A stretch of DNA of 64,000 nucleotides from Ginglymostoma cirratum (taxonomy: Eukaryota), in the NCBI GenBank assembly GCA_024137785.1, contig JAHRHZ010000105.1, positions 3,792,192 through 3,856,191 on the forward strand, given 5' to 3'. The notes beneath the pieces are model-generated. The model did no database searches. It saw only the letters and a list, made by a program, of their open reading frames with translations, and had not been told where the DNA came from. The translations under genes and the position numbers were made by a program. Every line of letters begins with the position of its first letter. Within the stretch, counting starts at the first letter, position 1. Positions 25,601 through 39,325 of this stretch are shown here, one piece after another.

Positions 25601-28526
25601 GATATGTTTCCAATGTTACTTGATAAAAGCACACGGCAACAATATTCAAGTACTGTAACAAACAGTAAGTGCAGTATATAAATAAAATGCTAACTAAATT
25701 ATAAAACTTCAGTCTATACTTTCTTTCAGTGATACTTTACTTCTAGGATCAAAGGATATTTGCTTGTGTTAAGAATGTGTTTAGCCTTACAAATAGCACC
25801 TATTCCCTTGTCTCTCACTTCAACTTGAATCCCCAAAGGAATTTTTTTCGTATAAAAGTCTGCAAAACGTTCAATTAGTTGTACTTAAGAGTCACATTTC
25901 AAAACGATGACATTTATAGACGTTAAAAGACTATAATTCAAAACTGACAGCAGTGGAAAACAAAGTTAAAAGCTACAATTTAAGATTAGTGATTGGGTCT
26001 CTTGCCTGAATTCTGAACAATCGTGGAAAGCATGGCACGCCTAAAATTTGTTTGTTGTTTTGCTAGACCATTGCGATGGGTGCAAAATACGCCACTGTCC
26101 AATACATATTGGACTTTTTAGCAGAGATTAACATTTTTTTTGCCGCCCCTTTGCTTACCTTGAAAACATTATGAGTTCTAAAGTAGTTATGGTAGAAGTA
26201 CCCTAGACAAAAAAAAAACCGAAAACAAGTGTGCGAAATTGCAAAGGTGAGGTTGTGGGGGATCCCGGGCGGGGTGATGATTGAATCACAAAATATCATT
26301 GAGGGTCATTTTGAGATTAGATTCCACCATAACATGGCTGCTGTTGAATTGCGTACTACGTTTCATTTAATCTTTGCAAAGTCTTACGGTATAATTGAAA
26401 ATATATGTTTGGATGTGCCTTCATTTAAACATTGAAACAATGGCAACCAATTTGATTCCTCATTTAACAAGATATATAACGACCATTCTTTCGACATTCA
26501 GTTAGTGGGGGAGTCAAGGTTTGGAAAATTAATAGTCCCAGGAAGTGCTTAAAATAATATCAAGATGTCCTTGACTATACACGGCCTTCCTCAAAAAGGC
26601 CGATTTCCTCTTCAAAGCATGTATGTAAATTGATAACAAAATATGAAATTTATCTCGGCGGGGCAGTGTTGACTGCCCGTTTTCCTGCAGAATGATTTTT
26701 TCCCAGGAAATTGCAAAAACGTTTTGAATATTTTAAAAATAAAAATAAGTTAAGGTAGAAACGAAGAAACTGCATCCAGGAGGAGCCATATTTGCTATTT
26801 AGATTATTAACGACAGTAAGGTTTGCATAAGGTTAGCCACTGGAACATGTTTGAGTATCCCTACTCCCAGCCGTGCTCAATGTTAAACAGTTGAAATTCA
26901 TATTTATTTTAATCTTTGCTCCTAATTATAAATCAACAAATCAAACACTAAAAATCAAAGTAACTTGCTATAATTATATTAAGTAGAAGGGGGAAACGAA
27001 TTCTCTATCACTCAATGAATTTGCAGAAAGCAAGACGAAAGGTTGCCAGAAAAACCGCACCAGTGTATCATATGTATGGAAAATCTAATCCAGTTCAATG
27101 TCAACTCGATAAAACACGAAGTGCATTTAAGTCTATTCGAGTAAAATAATCAGTCGTCAGGAAAGAGGCCTATTAATCTCGAGCACTTTAGCTCACATTT
27201 CTTTATAGTTTGGGCCTATTACACAAAGGATAGGTAAAACGTATATTTGAAGAGTCTAAACTATTGCACTATTGTCAATTAAACATTTTTCAAGTTTATT
27301 TTTCGCATTTCGAAAGATTCTTTGCGCCTTGCTGGCAACCATGCGCATCCTGTTGTATAGTTCGACGTAACTTACCTTGAGCAGTACAGTTACATCAGAT
27401 TTTTAACTGAAGTCAGGAAAGATTTTGGAGCCTACGGGTCTGGTAAAGGAGCCCTGTTCGATCCCTCTGGAAGACTAGCCACATTATACGCTTACAGTCT
27501 GCAAACCCAGTCAGATAAAGTTCAGCGTCACTAACATTATACAGAATGTGAAATATATTGTACCTTGTCAACTCCCCAGAACCATAAAACTAACTTTAAC
27601 GACCCCACGTGACTTTTGAGAGCCAGTAGGGGTATCTGACTGCGGTATGGGCGATTTTTACGATCTAACTTTGAGATAAATACCCAATTCATTTGACATC
27701 CCAATGTCATACCGACTTCTTGTATACGTAGTTTGTTATATTCACAAGGGGAGCATGCACTTTGCAGGATAGACCTAGCATTTGCTGTGTGACTTATCAA
27801 CTACCGATAAGCACTTGGACGTTATTTTGGTAAGTTGAGTTTAAACTGAATAAGAGTTACCTGTTGCACAAAACTGAAGCCAGATTTACAAAAAGAATGC
27901 GTGTAGTTTGTTATCTAGACAAACTTCGGAACAACACATCTTATTACTGTATAAGTCTATGGGGGCACAGCGCAGAAATCAAGTCTGAGACACTTTTTTT
28001 TCGAATATACACAACAAAAGTGAATAGAAAACCATCCTTTTGAAGTATTTATCTAGAAGCTGGCGGGCTTAGTTAGGTCCAGAAATCACCAAATGCAAAA
28101 ATGCAAATCACTTAAATACCGCCTTTAAACATGAACGAGCAACTCAAAGCCGCGCGTAGCAGTTAGATGAGCTTTAGGATTTAGCATGAATGGTTAACTA
28201 AAACAGCCAGGTTAGGTTTCATTTTAATAATATCTTATAGAATACTTTTTGAAAGATAAACCCAGAACTAATCAATGGACGTTGATGAAAATTCATTCTA
28301 TGCACTCTTTATATGTCTTTACATAATGCACTATACATGGAGTTACGACCAAACACATAGCAATACTGAAATATATCACTGCTGATAATATTTAATGTAC
28401 TAGGTATTAACAATAAATATTCACCAGAATTAGTAGAAAGCATTTCACCAGGTAATAAGATATCAGTCTGTTTACAGTCAACATATTACACTGCAGAGAT
28501 TAGGGGTAGTTATGAGAAACTTTTAC

Positions 28527-28532
28527 TTTATT
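28527..28532 (-). terminator. Likely HoxB5 polyadenylation signal
   Basis: AATAAA about 0.7 kb after the stop. Confidence 0.45.
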
Positions 28533-29216
28533 TCGAATTAAGCTACAAACAAATACAAAAAGCTTGGTGGCAACATACTGTAGGAAATAAACATAGCGTC
28601 GTTCTCTCCTACAGAAAATATGCCATTCATCACTCTGCCCATTACAGTCTAGCTATAGGCAACATTATAAACTTTTTTTTGTATTATTTACAACCATTAT
28701 AACTCACTAAATAATCGTATACAATCATCGCTGATTTCAGAATCTATCCACATGTATTACGAAAGATTAGAATTCTACAAGGTATTTCGACATACATACT
28801 TTGCTTAAATTCACCGACAGCATCAAGGACAGTAGCTACAGGAAGGTTGTTATATGTTTGAGGTGATAGAGTAACAGCAAAGATTTTCGCATTTACTCAG
28901 CGCATTGGGTGGCTAGGATGGGGGAGAGGAAGATCAAATTGTACAACTTGCGTCAATTATAAATAAGTTATACCATTTACAATCCACAAAAACCATGCTA
29001 CTTTTTCAAGAGAGCACCAATAATTCACTGACACAGACATATGTAAGATAGTAACAAGCATTTAACAGCGAAAGAACAACACAGGTTAAAAGAAAAACAT
29101 GTTAGCAATACCACAGAAAAGTTTAATTCATCTTTAATATTTAACAACACGTGGGGAAAAGGTGCCTCGCTGTACAGTACTGGTGCACGGTGTCTGTTAT
29201 TTTTCTGTTTGATATG

Positions 29217-29467
29217 TTAGGGTTGAAAGGCGCTTGCTCCGGCCGTCATGCTCATGCTTTTCAGCTTGTTGTCCTTTTTCCATTTCATCCTCCGGTTCTG
29301 GAACCAAATCTTGATCTGCCGCTCTGAGAGACATAGAGCATGGGCAATCTCTATTCTCCGCCGTCGGGTTAGATATCTGTTGAAGTGGAACTCTTTTTCC
29401 AACTCCAACGTTTGAAAACGAGTATAAGCAGTCCTGGCTCTTTTCCCGTCGGGTCCACCCATACCAT
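29217..29467 (-). CDS. HOXB5: HoxB5 exon 2, homeodomain
   Basis: [13 protein letters not shown]...[11 protein letters not shown]...SAFQP*. The acceptor is TAGCAG|AT, with an alternative 3 nt upstream. Confidence 0.95.
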
Positions 29468-29712
29468 CTGCTAATAAATACAGGAAGTTTTTTTTATCCA
29501 TGCTGAATTATCCATCCCCTTTGAAAATATCATTTTAAAAAAAATACTATTTTATACCTTGAAAGTGGAATATTCCCTTCCCTGGGCCTCTCCGGGCACG
29601 TATGTCAAAACGAAAGTATATTGTCCCAATTTGAATTGCTATTAATTATCATTTTCCTTTTCATTGTCTGAGCATGTAACCTGTGTCTTGACGGCTGTGC
29701 TTCTAATTATCT

Positions 29713-29717
29713 GCACA

Positions 29718-29753
<36 letters not shown>
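29713..29753. repeat. (CA)n microsatellite in the HoxB5 intron
   Basis: Read directly. Confidence 0.9.
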
Positions 29754-30212
29754 AGACATGCACTGTTATACACACGTACATGCTCATGCCTTTTGAAAAG
29801 AATTGTCTGAAATTGCGAGCAGATCCATAGAAAAGGGTCATAACAACATTGATTATCCAGGGTTAGTGCACAGTTCTTTTTGTTATTATGCTGATCGAGC
29901 AGTTAAATTCATAGCTTTCAATGTGCTAATATCATAAATATCATGTAATATTTACAACCCATTTGCATCAAACATAACAAATTTTCATATTTACTGATTT
30001 TTTTTGGTCGAACTGCGTATTATTTTGCATGCACGTTATAAAATTGCTGTTTAACGAGTTAATTTAAATTTGCCGAAAAATTATTAGTTTCTGTAGAGCT
30101 GAGAAATACAAATTGTTTGTATTTTGTGTCACTCAGGTTGCACAATAGGACGCCATGAATTACTTGACCACAGAGCAATATTTAGAGTGATAAACAGAAA
30201 ATGAAAGTGTAC

Positions 30213-30747
30213 CATGGCCAATGTGCAGCTTTCTCATCCAAGGAAATATTTGTGGCTGCTGTTCTGGTGTTGTTGCTTGTGTTGGTTCTTGCTGTGCCCT
30301 GGGATGGTTGTTGTTGTTGGCTGGAGTGCCCTCTTCGGCATCCGAGGATGCTCCGGCTTCGTCCATTTCTGTAAAATTACTTGCTGAACTAGAGGAGGTA
30401 GTCGGATCAGATGGGGAACCCTTGACTCCGTGACTGTCTTTGCCGGAACAAGGAAGGGGTTCTGGAGATGAGAGGGTGCAGCTCGCTGCTTGTCTGAACC
30501 TGGTTTCTGTAGCTGGAGGATAGCTTCTGGACTTTTCTGTATTAACCACTCCAAAGTGGTTAGATGAGGCTGAACGGGTGATGCTAAGGTCCATACCATT
30601 GTAGTTGTAGCCGTAAGTGCCTGAATGCATGGTGCCTGAATCCCTGTATGGTCCGTTCTCGGAGCTGCTCGTCCCATAATTAAGTAACTGATAATCCGGG
30701 CCATTTTGATAGCGACCGGAGAATGAGTTTACAAAGTAAGAGCTCAT
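30213..30747 (-). CDS. HOXB5: HoxB5 exon 1 (joined with 29217-29467 gives about 261 aa)
   Basis: [26 protein letters not shown]-terminus and PQIFPWMRKLHI hexapeptide. Donor G|GTACAC at 30212, phase 1. Confidence 0.95.
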
Positions 30748-30774
30748 TTGGGTTTTTTTGGGTTGATTTGTGGT

Positions 30775-31000
30775 TGTTAGTCGTTATAACCCAGTCCTGC
30801 ACGATTTATGATATATTAATGAATTATAGAAATGACTGTACTTCGTTCGCTTCTATGTATGCGGCCAAATATGGGGGGTGCGAGACGGAATCACGTGCTT
30901 TTGTTGACCAGTCGTAAATTCTCACTGATGACCTCAAGGGGTAATTCATGCTCTATGGTTACAAATAATGACGATCCGAGAATCGTTACGCCATGTGAAT
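30775..31000 (-). promoter_or_regulatory. HoxB5 promoter/5'UTR highly conserved block
   Basis: Contains TCGTCATTATTTGTAACCATAGAGCATGAATTACC, AATTTACGAC, the E-box GCACGTGA and CATAAATCG, recognised from Hox5 promoters. Confidence 0.7.
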
Positions 31001-31034
31001 GCAAGGTTCCAAATGATGGCCAGGTTTGCAGAGT

Positions 31035-31048
31035 GCGCCACCTACTGG
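31035..31048 (-). promoter_or_regulatory. CTCF motif at the HoxB5|B6 boundary
   Basis: CCAGTAGGTGGCGC fits the CTCF core consensus and lies about 290 bp upstream of the HoxB5 ATG, like the known Hox5|6 CTCF sites. Confidence 0.75.
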
Positions 31049-32541
31049 GCTCTGTCTGCGCCACACAAATTAAGGTCATTGCTTATGTATTGACATTGGT
31101 ATTCTTATTTTAATAATAACACAGCAAAAAAGTTATATTTTAAATTTACCTACCTCAGATCAATACACCCCATTGTTCCAGTGCAGTTCACCACTCTAAG
31201 AATTCAACATTTGAAAATGCATTTCTTTAAAAATTCAAAAAGGTTAACTATAAAACGGCTATTCAATTATCTTGCAATTGAATTGGAAATCACGTTTTAT
31301 AGCTATGCTTGGAGTGGAGCAATTTATTTCGTTTTTTTTTGACCAGATACATTTAAAAACAATTAACTTTCCATCCTTGACTAGTCAGTTAAATGTACGC
31401 ATTCATCGACCGACGATTGATATTGCGATGTAAGCATTATTATTTGCTAAATGTTATCCTTCCAGTGTGTTTGCCGGACCTAAGTTCGTTTTGAAACGTG
31501 ATAATTATTGCGACTAAAACACATTAGATTTGTATTTTTTTGAAAAACCCTTTATCTTCAAACTGCACAGACTCTTTCAAAGCAAGGAAAAGCCTAATTC
31601 TGAGAAAGTTCAAATTTGCACATTGGTGCACTGCTTGGGCTGCGCGGACAGTATGGTTCTTTGCTGTGTTTTGAAGGAGTTAACTTAAGAAAATACACGT
31701 TTGAGCTAATTCGTGACCCCACTCTTATTTGGTATCAATATGCTTTAAAATACCTGTATAATTATTCTGATTAAAATGCGAAATGAATACTATTAATTCA
31801 CATTGCGGAGGGTTTTGTATACGCATGAGTCCAGCCTCGTTATACGATCTTTTACCGGATTCGCATTAGCTCTTCAGTACAGCTCACCTCCTGAAGGGCT
31901 CAGTGAACAATTAGCAGAGTGCACTTCTGCATTTTTGGTACGCATTGCTGTTTATTTCGAATGATGAAGGATCATTCGATATGAAGAATGAGTTAGTTTT
32001 TTTTGCGAGGACTTTTTTTGGCCACGAGATATTTGTGCTCAAACTCCTTCCTTTTTTACACAAATGTGCTTTAATAGGATTGTACCATGACTGGAGAGTG
32101 CATTTAGCATTACAGGACGTGTTTTCTTGATTGTGCAACAGAGAATGTAATAATTAGAACCAGGAAAACAGTTGTTAAATACCGCAAAGTCCTTTGTTTC
32201 TCTCCGTAATGAACTGGTTGCAAATTTCAAAAATTTGCGTATCATTATCCAGTAATGCTTTTCTAACCTACCCTGATTTTAAGAAGCGGGCAGTAAACTG
32301 ATTACTGGAATGAATTTTGAATTTGAGGGAAATCATAGAGATAAATCAATTATCAGAAATTCAATGAGGACGGTCAAGTTTTTGTTTTATGATATATTAT
32401 AATCTAGACTAAGATGAGCTATGAGTAGCGAAATGGAGAATGTAGAGTTTATTCCAGGTCTCCCTGGCAGATTATCAATGGTTTCCATGCACATCAGGAT
32501 TCTTAAATCGAAAAATACACATTTTTTAGGAAAAAAAAACT

Positions 32542-32547
32542 TTTATT
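32542..32547 (-). terminator. Likely HoxB6 polyadenylation signal
   Basis: AATAAA about 0.57 kb after the stop, followed by a T-run. Confidence 0.5.
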
Positions 32548-33116
32548 GTCATTCCAGATAAAGACGCTCGGCCTTTGAAATATGTGACGCATGCTACAAT
32601 CACATTAATTTTAAAAGAAACTCAAATAAAAAAATAACCTCTTACTCAATTCTTAAGACATTTGCTTTTATTTTCCTCTCTCCGTTACGAAAACAAACCA
32701 AAATACAATATTTAAACCTCATTGTGTAATTTACTCACGCACGCACACTCATTTCCACACACGCACGCATACATAAAATAAATCAAAAATAGTTGTTCAC
32801 AGTGCACAAAACATACACTATCTTTAAACTAGAGAGCTGAGACGAACGTCAAAAAGTCACAATATTGCAACAGCTCAATTGAGATACAGAATTAATGGAA
32901 TGCTAATGTTTTAAAACGATTGACACCAATGTGAAACATTGCCTGCTTGGCTAAACCATAGGAATGCATAACTTTATAATAAATCTCACAACAAATACAG
33001 AAATATACAACTCCACTGGTGCGCAACAGCAAACAAATTGTAAACTTTGATTTTTTTAAAAATTTTTAATTAAAGAACTGCACAGCGTTCCCTTCCTTTT
33101 CTGTATCTTGTTATTT

Positions 33117-33500
<384 letters not shown>

Positions 33501-33983
33501 CTAGGTTGATTATACTGGACGTTATATGTTAAACTATAAGTTTCATAATAAACCGTTTGATGAGCACTTTCGATTCTGAAGCACTAAATAACGATCTCTA
33601 CTCTAGGCATGCTTACACTCTGTTCGATTAAGGCTTTAGAACCGGTGGGCCCATTGACTGTGCAGTAAAATCTTCAGTATAAGGAAAACAACTGATCATT
33701 CTTCATATTAAAGGTCAGCGTTACATTTTATATGCACTTTCTTCTATATCAGACGTTGAGCTTTAATAATTTATGCGGTGTCTTAAAATTTGCAGCAGTT
33801 CACAATTTCATGTGAACTGTATTAAAGTCTTCTGAAATCATTAAACGTTTAATTCTCCTTTCCAAGAAATCGGTTTAAGGACTAAAAATGCTAATCACTT
33901 TCTTGCTAAGTTCAATATCAACATGCGTTAAAGTTAGTTTCTCTCCAAATATGTAAGGGAAAAAGTACAAAGGCCAAACTTAC

Positions 33984-34416
33984 CACCACTGGAGTTCATT
34001 CTTTGCATCCAAGGGTACACTGGGAGCGAACTCTTCTGATCATCCACCTCTCCATATAAAATTCTGTTTTGTGCACACTCGAATTTGCGTTGTTCCGCGC
34101 TAAAATGTGTTGCATCTTCCATTGAGTGATATTTGGAGCTGGTGGAGGAAGCGCCGCATGAAGGGTCTTTTTCCCGGTAAAAACTCGGGGCACCGTAATC
34201 ACAGGGTGTCCGATTGCACGCATACGCTCCGTTGGCTTGTTGGTAGTAGGAGGGTGACGGGTAGCTTTTATCCTGCATGCTTGTAGCCCCATATGTGGCG
34301 GAATAATGTCTTAAAGGGTCGTAACTGGATGAATATAGCGGAATCTGCCCAAGGAAGGACTCTTGCCCACTAGCAAAAGTGGCAGGGAAAGTGGAGTTCA
34401 CAAAATACGAACTCAT
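33984..34416 (-). CDS. HOXB6: HoxB6 exon 1 (joined with 33117-33376 gives about 230 aa)
   Basis: [11 protein letters not shown]...GQESFLGQIPLYSS and PVYPWMQRMNS. Donor G|GTAAGT at 33983, phase 1. Confidence 0.95.
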
Positions 34417-34665
34417 TTGTTGGCTGTGCTCTGTTATGATTTGTTGTGTATTAGTCCAAGTGCCTGTGCTATTAGCAGTTAGCGAGATGGGTTTGATTCG
34501 GGATGGCCAAGTGCCAGAAAGGACAGCAGGAAATATAACCATCTGATCATCGACTGACCAATGGCAATACTGTTTGATAGGAAAATAGTACCCATGAGGG
34601 ACTTATCCATGAATCAGAGAGGCTAGCAGCAACCGGCACATGTGATGGGAAAAAGTCCCAAACAT

Positions 34666-34682
34666 AGAGAGAGAGAGAGAGA
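34666..34682. repeat. (GA)n microsatellite upstream of HoxB6
   Basis: Read directly. Confidence 0.85.
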
Positions 34683-37600
34683 TAGACACGCATAATCTTT
34701 AGATTCATTCTGTACTGAAATGAATAAAATGCATAAGAATGTTTAAATTAATGCATCTGTGCACTGATACAGACAGTGAAATAATTTAGCCATTCAAACT
34801 AAACAAACAAGCAAAATACAACGTCGTCCATTGTCCGTGTATTCAGATAATTCACTAAACACTTATTAACTCAATTTTATTGCTTTCTCCCTTTTAAATC
34901 GGAGCGCGGTTTTATGCTTCTTAATGGTCTGTCTTGGATTGTGGCTGTATAATTCAAGCTGCATTCAAGATGTTTCCATTAATATTTCCAACTCTGAACG
35001 TTATTTGCCACACTATTTCGTTCGCATATTCCGGTGGATATATAGAAATTTCTCGGTGGCTTGTATATTATGCACTCCAGAATTCCTGATAGTCGTTTGT
35101 TGTGCTTCTGTTGCAGTTCACTCTGTGTAAGAATGTGATTCGGCGAATGCGGTTTAATTTTGAGGCACGAAAAGGGGATCTCAATACAAACTTTTAATCT
35201 TTAATTGAAACCACAAAGCGAACGGAAGAAACTTTCCAACATGAAAAGACAACTAAATCAAATCCCTGAAAAGGAGGCACCAGCGGAGTAGGTCACAAAA
35301 CAAGCGCCAGGATGAATGTGCAACTATAGTTGTACTCTTTCAAAGTTTCTGGAAAAAAGTATGTGAAGAGTAATTTCGTGTAAAAATGCCATAAAGACAA
35401 ACTCAGAGCATACAGAAAATGGTTTGAAATGAGTTAAAACCCCAAATGTTGGACAGTTGCGCCTTTGTAAAGTGAGACCGTAGCTGCGACCCAGGACAAC
35501 AAGACGGGATTTTGGCTGACGAAAGTATGGAGATATGTAAATATGTTCTATTTAGCTGACTGAGTGCACCATTTACAGACTAATCCCATGTATTTAAACA
35601 AGTGCGGACGAATATTTCTGAAGGTCAGTTGCGTTAAGTGTTTAATAGATAACTGGGCGATATTGAGGACGACGCACAGCCTGCAAGCCTTCACATAACT
35701 AGTTTGGTGCATACACGTCAGATATCATTGAAAGTTGTTGTTCCGATTTCTGTATGTGATATTTTGCTCTACTCTTACATCATGCCTTATTGAAATAAAA
35801 TAGTTGCATTGTAATATTTGTTGTTCGTAACGTGTATTTGTTCAAATGTCAGTTCTTTTATCCGTGTCTCTTAGATTTATTTGCAAATTTCATCATTTTC
35901 AAAATATAAAAACGCAGAACATGCTACATCCGACTGTCTACCCAACGATTTCTTTCTAAAACAAAATTAGTTTTTTTTTCTTTAGACAAAAATTCACGAG
36001 TATATTTCAAGTAGACATAATTTTTTTTCGTGTATAATTCTGAACTGCTGCAAGTGTCAGAGAATTTATGTTGGACATTAAGGATTTATTTTTAGCAGTT
36101 CCTCTGGAAGGCACCACTTCCTGGTTTCAGACATCTGTTTCAAGGAACCATAAGCTGAGTAGTGAGAAATTAAAGAAAATCTTATTTCTAAGTACCACTT
36201 CATTTTAAGAAGCGGGTTGTTTTCTTGCTAAGAAACATGATGGGTTGAACATAGTGAGAAAGAAGAATTCAATGCGAGGTGATAAAGCTTTTTTCCACCT
36301 GGGAGATTCCTTGTATGAAATTCTTTGAAGAAATGGCCGTTACTAGATTCAGACCAAATGCCTCCAACTCACATCTCGAGCTAAGATATTTAATTTGCTT
36401 TTTTATTTCTAAAGAAGTGTCATCAATATCCTAATTTTTATGAAAGCTTTGAACAGTGATAAGAGTCTGCATATACACTGCAACTTTAAAAATCACTTTC
36501 ATATTCGGAGACAACTGCTTTAAACCAGTCACAATCTGATGTCAAATCTTCTATATTTTCACTTCCAGGCACTAAAATCTCCAAGTATACATGTCTTCGT
36601 AACTGTAAGTTGGTTTGGTTTCACCAGTTTTATTCTTAAAATAATTGATACTGTATAATTTTATCGCCTTCATCACTGCAAGTTATCGGGGTAATTTAAA
36701 ATCAATGTAAGTTTTGTTGCATTTATTAACAAATGCATTCAAAACTAAGTTCAGAATAAGTAGGCAGGACATATGTTGTAATATTGAGACTTGTTCTGGA
36801 GCTCAATTATTCAACGCTGCGTTTCCAAATAATATCGTATCTGCTATTTGAAGATGTAAAGGCTTTCATCTAACTGTAAGTCTGTTTTTTAGAAATAAGA
36901 TGAGATACTTTTTCAAAAGCAAACTTGCTCATTTCAACGAGCATTTTACGGCTTAAGTTTTCGGTATTCCTCCCATCCCGACTATATTGCCTTTTAGTGT
37001 GAGCGAGGTCACCATTTACTTTCCGTGTCAATTTCAACATCTCTTTGTCAGGAAGGGAATATAAAATCCCCTTTGAAAGTGTGGGAAGGTAAAATTAAAG
37101 GGGCTGGTCGAAGTTCTGTGTTTCTTGTTTATTGTTTATGAGCCGGTACATTAAAGGCAGAAATTCGTTTACAACCGCTCTGGTTACGCTGCAAAGGAGG
37201 AGTCTAGCACATAAGAAGACTGGCTTGCAGTGTTGCTCTCTGTCCAGGGATGCATAGCAAATTTGGGCCTTGTTCACAATTTGCTGCTAAGCCGATGGAG
37301 ACAAGGATTTATTCCAAAGAGATCTGTTTACACGAGAATTTTACAAATCTCAACTGCAGATTAACGTTGACACAAAATTCGATTTAGTCAATAACCTTTC
37401 GTCTAAAGCCGTTCTCTTTAATACCCATTGGCTGCTATTAAGGTAAAGCGTTTGTGAGAAAGACAATGACAATTACAACGCATTTACATTCGGGCATATC
37501 ACCATGTAAAGATTACAGTGAACTGTATCTTTTGCATATACTCGATTCACGGTTTTCTTCTTTTAAAAGAGCAACCAAAAACAATAAAACCACAAGCATA

Positions 37601-37753
37601 CATAGTTCCATTCTAGTTAGTACAATTATTGCATTGAGTCACAGAAGTAAAGCGAAAGCAAATATGTAACTTACTAGACATCAATAATGATAATCACTGC
37701 TAATTTATTCAGTTATTTATAAACATGTATATTACCCGCAATTCCACCCCCCC

Positions 37754-37798
37754 ATGCACATGCACACATGCGCGCGCGCGCGCACACACACACACACA
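37754..37798. repeat. Compound CATG/(CG)n/(CA)n microsatellite
   Basis: catgcacatgcacacatgcgcgcgcgcgcgcacacacacacacaca, read directly. Confidence 0.9.
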
Positions 37799-39010
37799 AA
37801 TTATATGTATACAACATAGCTGCTCGTTTACGCAGCTTAGATCGTTTGCAAATTCTGCAGATAACAGAGCGCATCTCTTTTCCTCCCTATTTCACTGTTT
37901 CCTCGGCCGAATGGAACGCAGGGTGGCAGCAGAGAGCAACAAATCCTGTCTCCCTGCCCCCAGCAAAAACCGTGATAGATTTACATTATATCAATGCAGA
38001 ACTACTGGGCCTCTTGGTTGCTAAACATTCTAAACCACGGTCATCTAAACGCCATCTTATATTATATCATCAGACTGTTACCCATTAACAGTGTAAGCTG
38101 AAACCTTAATGCTCCCCAACAGAAAAAGAAGCCGTCGCATATCATAAACGTTTGAATTTGTAACTCCAGAAGCAAGTAGTTGACTGAGAACAAATTATTA
38201 ACAATTGTGAAGCACAATTGGGGGAAATATTGTTATTACAGCATAACTACAATACCTCAGTGCGTCAGTCTTAGTGACACTGCCCGTCCTAATTGCTGTC
38301 CTTGATAAAAAAAAATTGTTCACGTAATGAGCGATTCTCGAGAAAAGATTCACAATCACCGAAACTCATTTAGCCTTACTACATAGCAAAACTCATCCTC
38401 AACCACAATTAAAGATCTTGTCAACACGCCACAGCGACACTGGATACCAGGTTTCCTAACTATGTAACAGAGCTCTGAAATAGAATCGCTTGCCATCAGT
38501 TCCCAAACTTGCGGTCTTCCGGTTAAATTAAAGAAATAACTTTCACAGATTATTCAAATTGAAGCCTCTGAGCACGAACTTATTGTAGTCAAAATGCAAC
38601 AAAATATTTTCTTACTGAAGTCAACAAGTCTCCATTTTCTCATCTTTTGCTGGAATTCTGCACAAAATCATTCATTACAATTGTTGAAAAATCCAATGAT
38701 AAATATATGCAATATTCGTCTTACCTTTGCAACAGCATCTGTGATTTTGCTTCGATCATCTCTCGCTCAATTTGGAAATAGCGCGATTTGTTATTTCGCG
38801 AGCAATATTGTCCCAAACTGATAGCCGTCGGTTAACCCGCGGCCGCAAGCTAGCTGGGTTTATGCATCAGTCATTTGCACGGAAATCGGAATTCGAGCCT
38901 CTTTGAAAAATGATATCATCCACATCACTGAGATTTGCGCCACTCCATCCATTGCTGAAATTCCCAATCGACAGACAAGTGGTAGATTACAAAAAAAGTC
39001 TTGTTTACTT

Positions 39011-39040
39011 TGTGTGCGTATGTGTGTGTGTGTGTGTGTG
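39011..39040. repeat. (TG)n microsatellite
   Basis: Read directly. Confidence 0.9.
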
Positions 39041-39204
39041 TCTGCATATACCGATGTATGTGTTTGCACCTCCAATAGTAACTATCAAAGTTTCAAAAAA
39101 AAAACCGATAGAAGCCCTGAGGAGGACACAGGACCGACCCAAGGTACGGTGGCCAAAAGAATACTGCAATATACTCACATGGGAAATCATAAAAAGTTCA
39201 TGTT

Positions 39205-39325
39205 CACGGTTGCTATCCACATGACCGGCAGCGGCCAATCGAAGGACCGATCCACTCATAAAGTTCTATCACAAAGTTGTAAATTTTCATAAAACAACAA
39301 GGAATTTATTGCATTTCTTCATGAC
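39205..39325. promoter_or_regulatory. Conserved element between HoxB7 and HoxB6 (H8/7-6 four-cluster sequence-like)
   Basis: CATAAAGTTCTATCACAAAGTTGTAAATTTTCATAAAACAACAAGGAATTTATTGCATTTCTTCATG carries multiple Cdx/Hox sites, and a CCAAT lies adjacent. Confidence 0.7.

Noticed and set aside
26661-26682. GGGCAGT/ACTGCCC hairpin followed by a short T-run, resembling a bacterial terminator
   Set aside because: The context is vertebrate, and a 7-bp stem is expected by chance in 64 kb.
30234-30704. 156-aa alternative-frame ORF in HoxB5 exon 1 (similar ones in B4, B6, B7 and B8)
   Set aside because: Hox exon 1 sequences are Ser/Pro/Tyr-rich and poor in NTA/NTG codons, so the +1 frame stays open by default. 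The product has no recognisable features.
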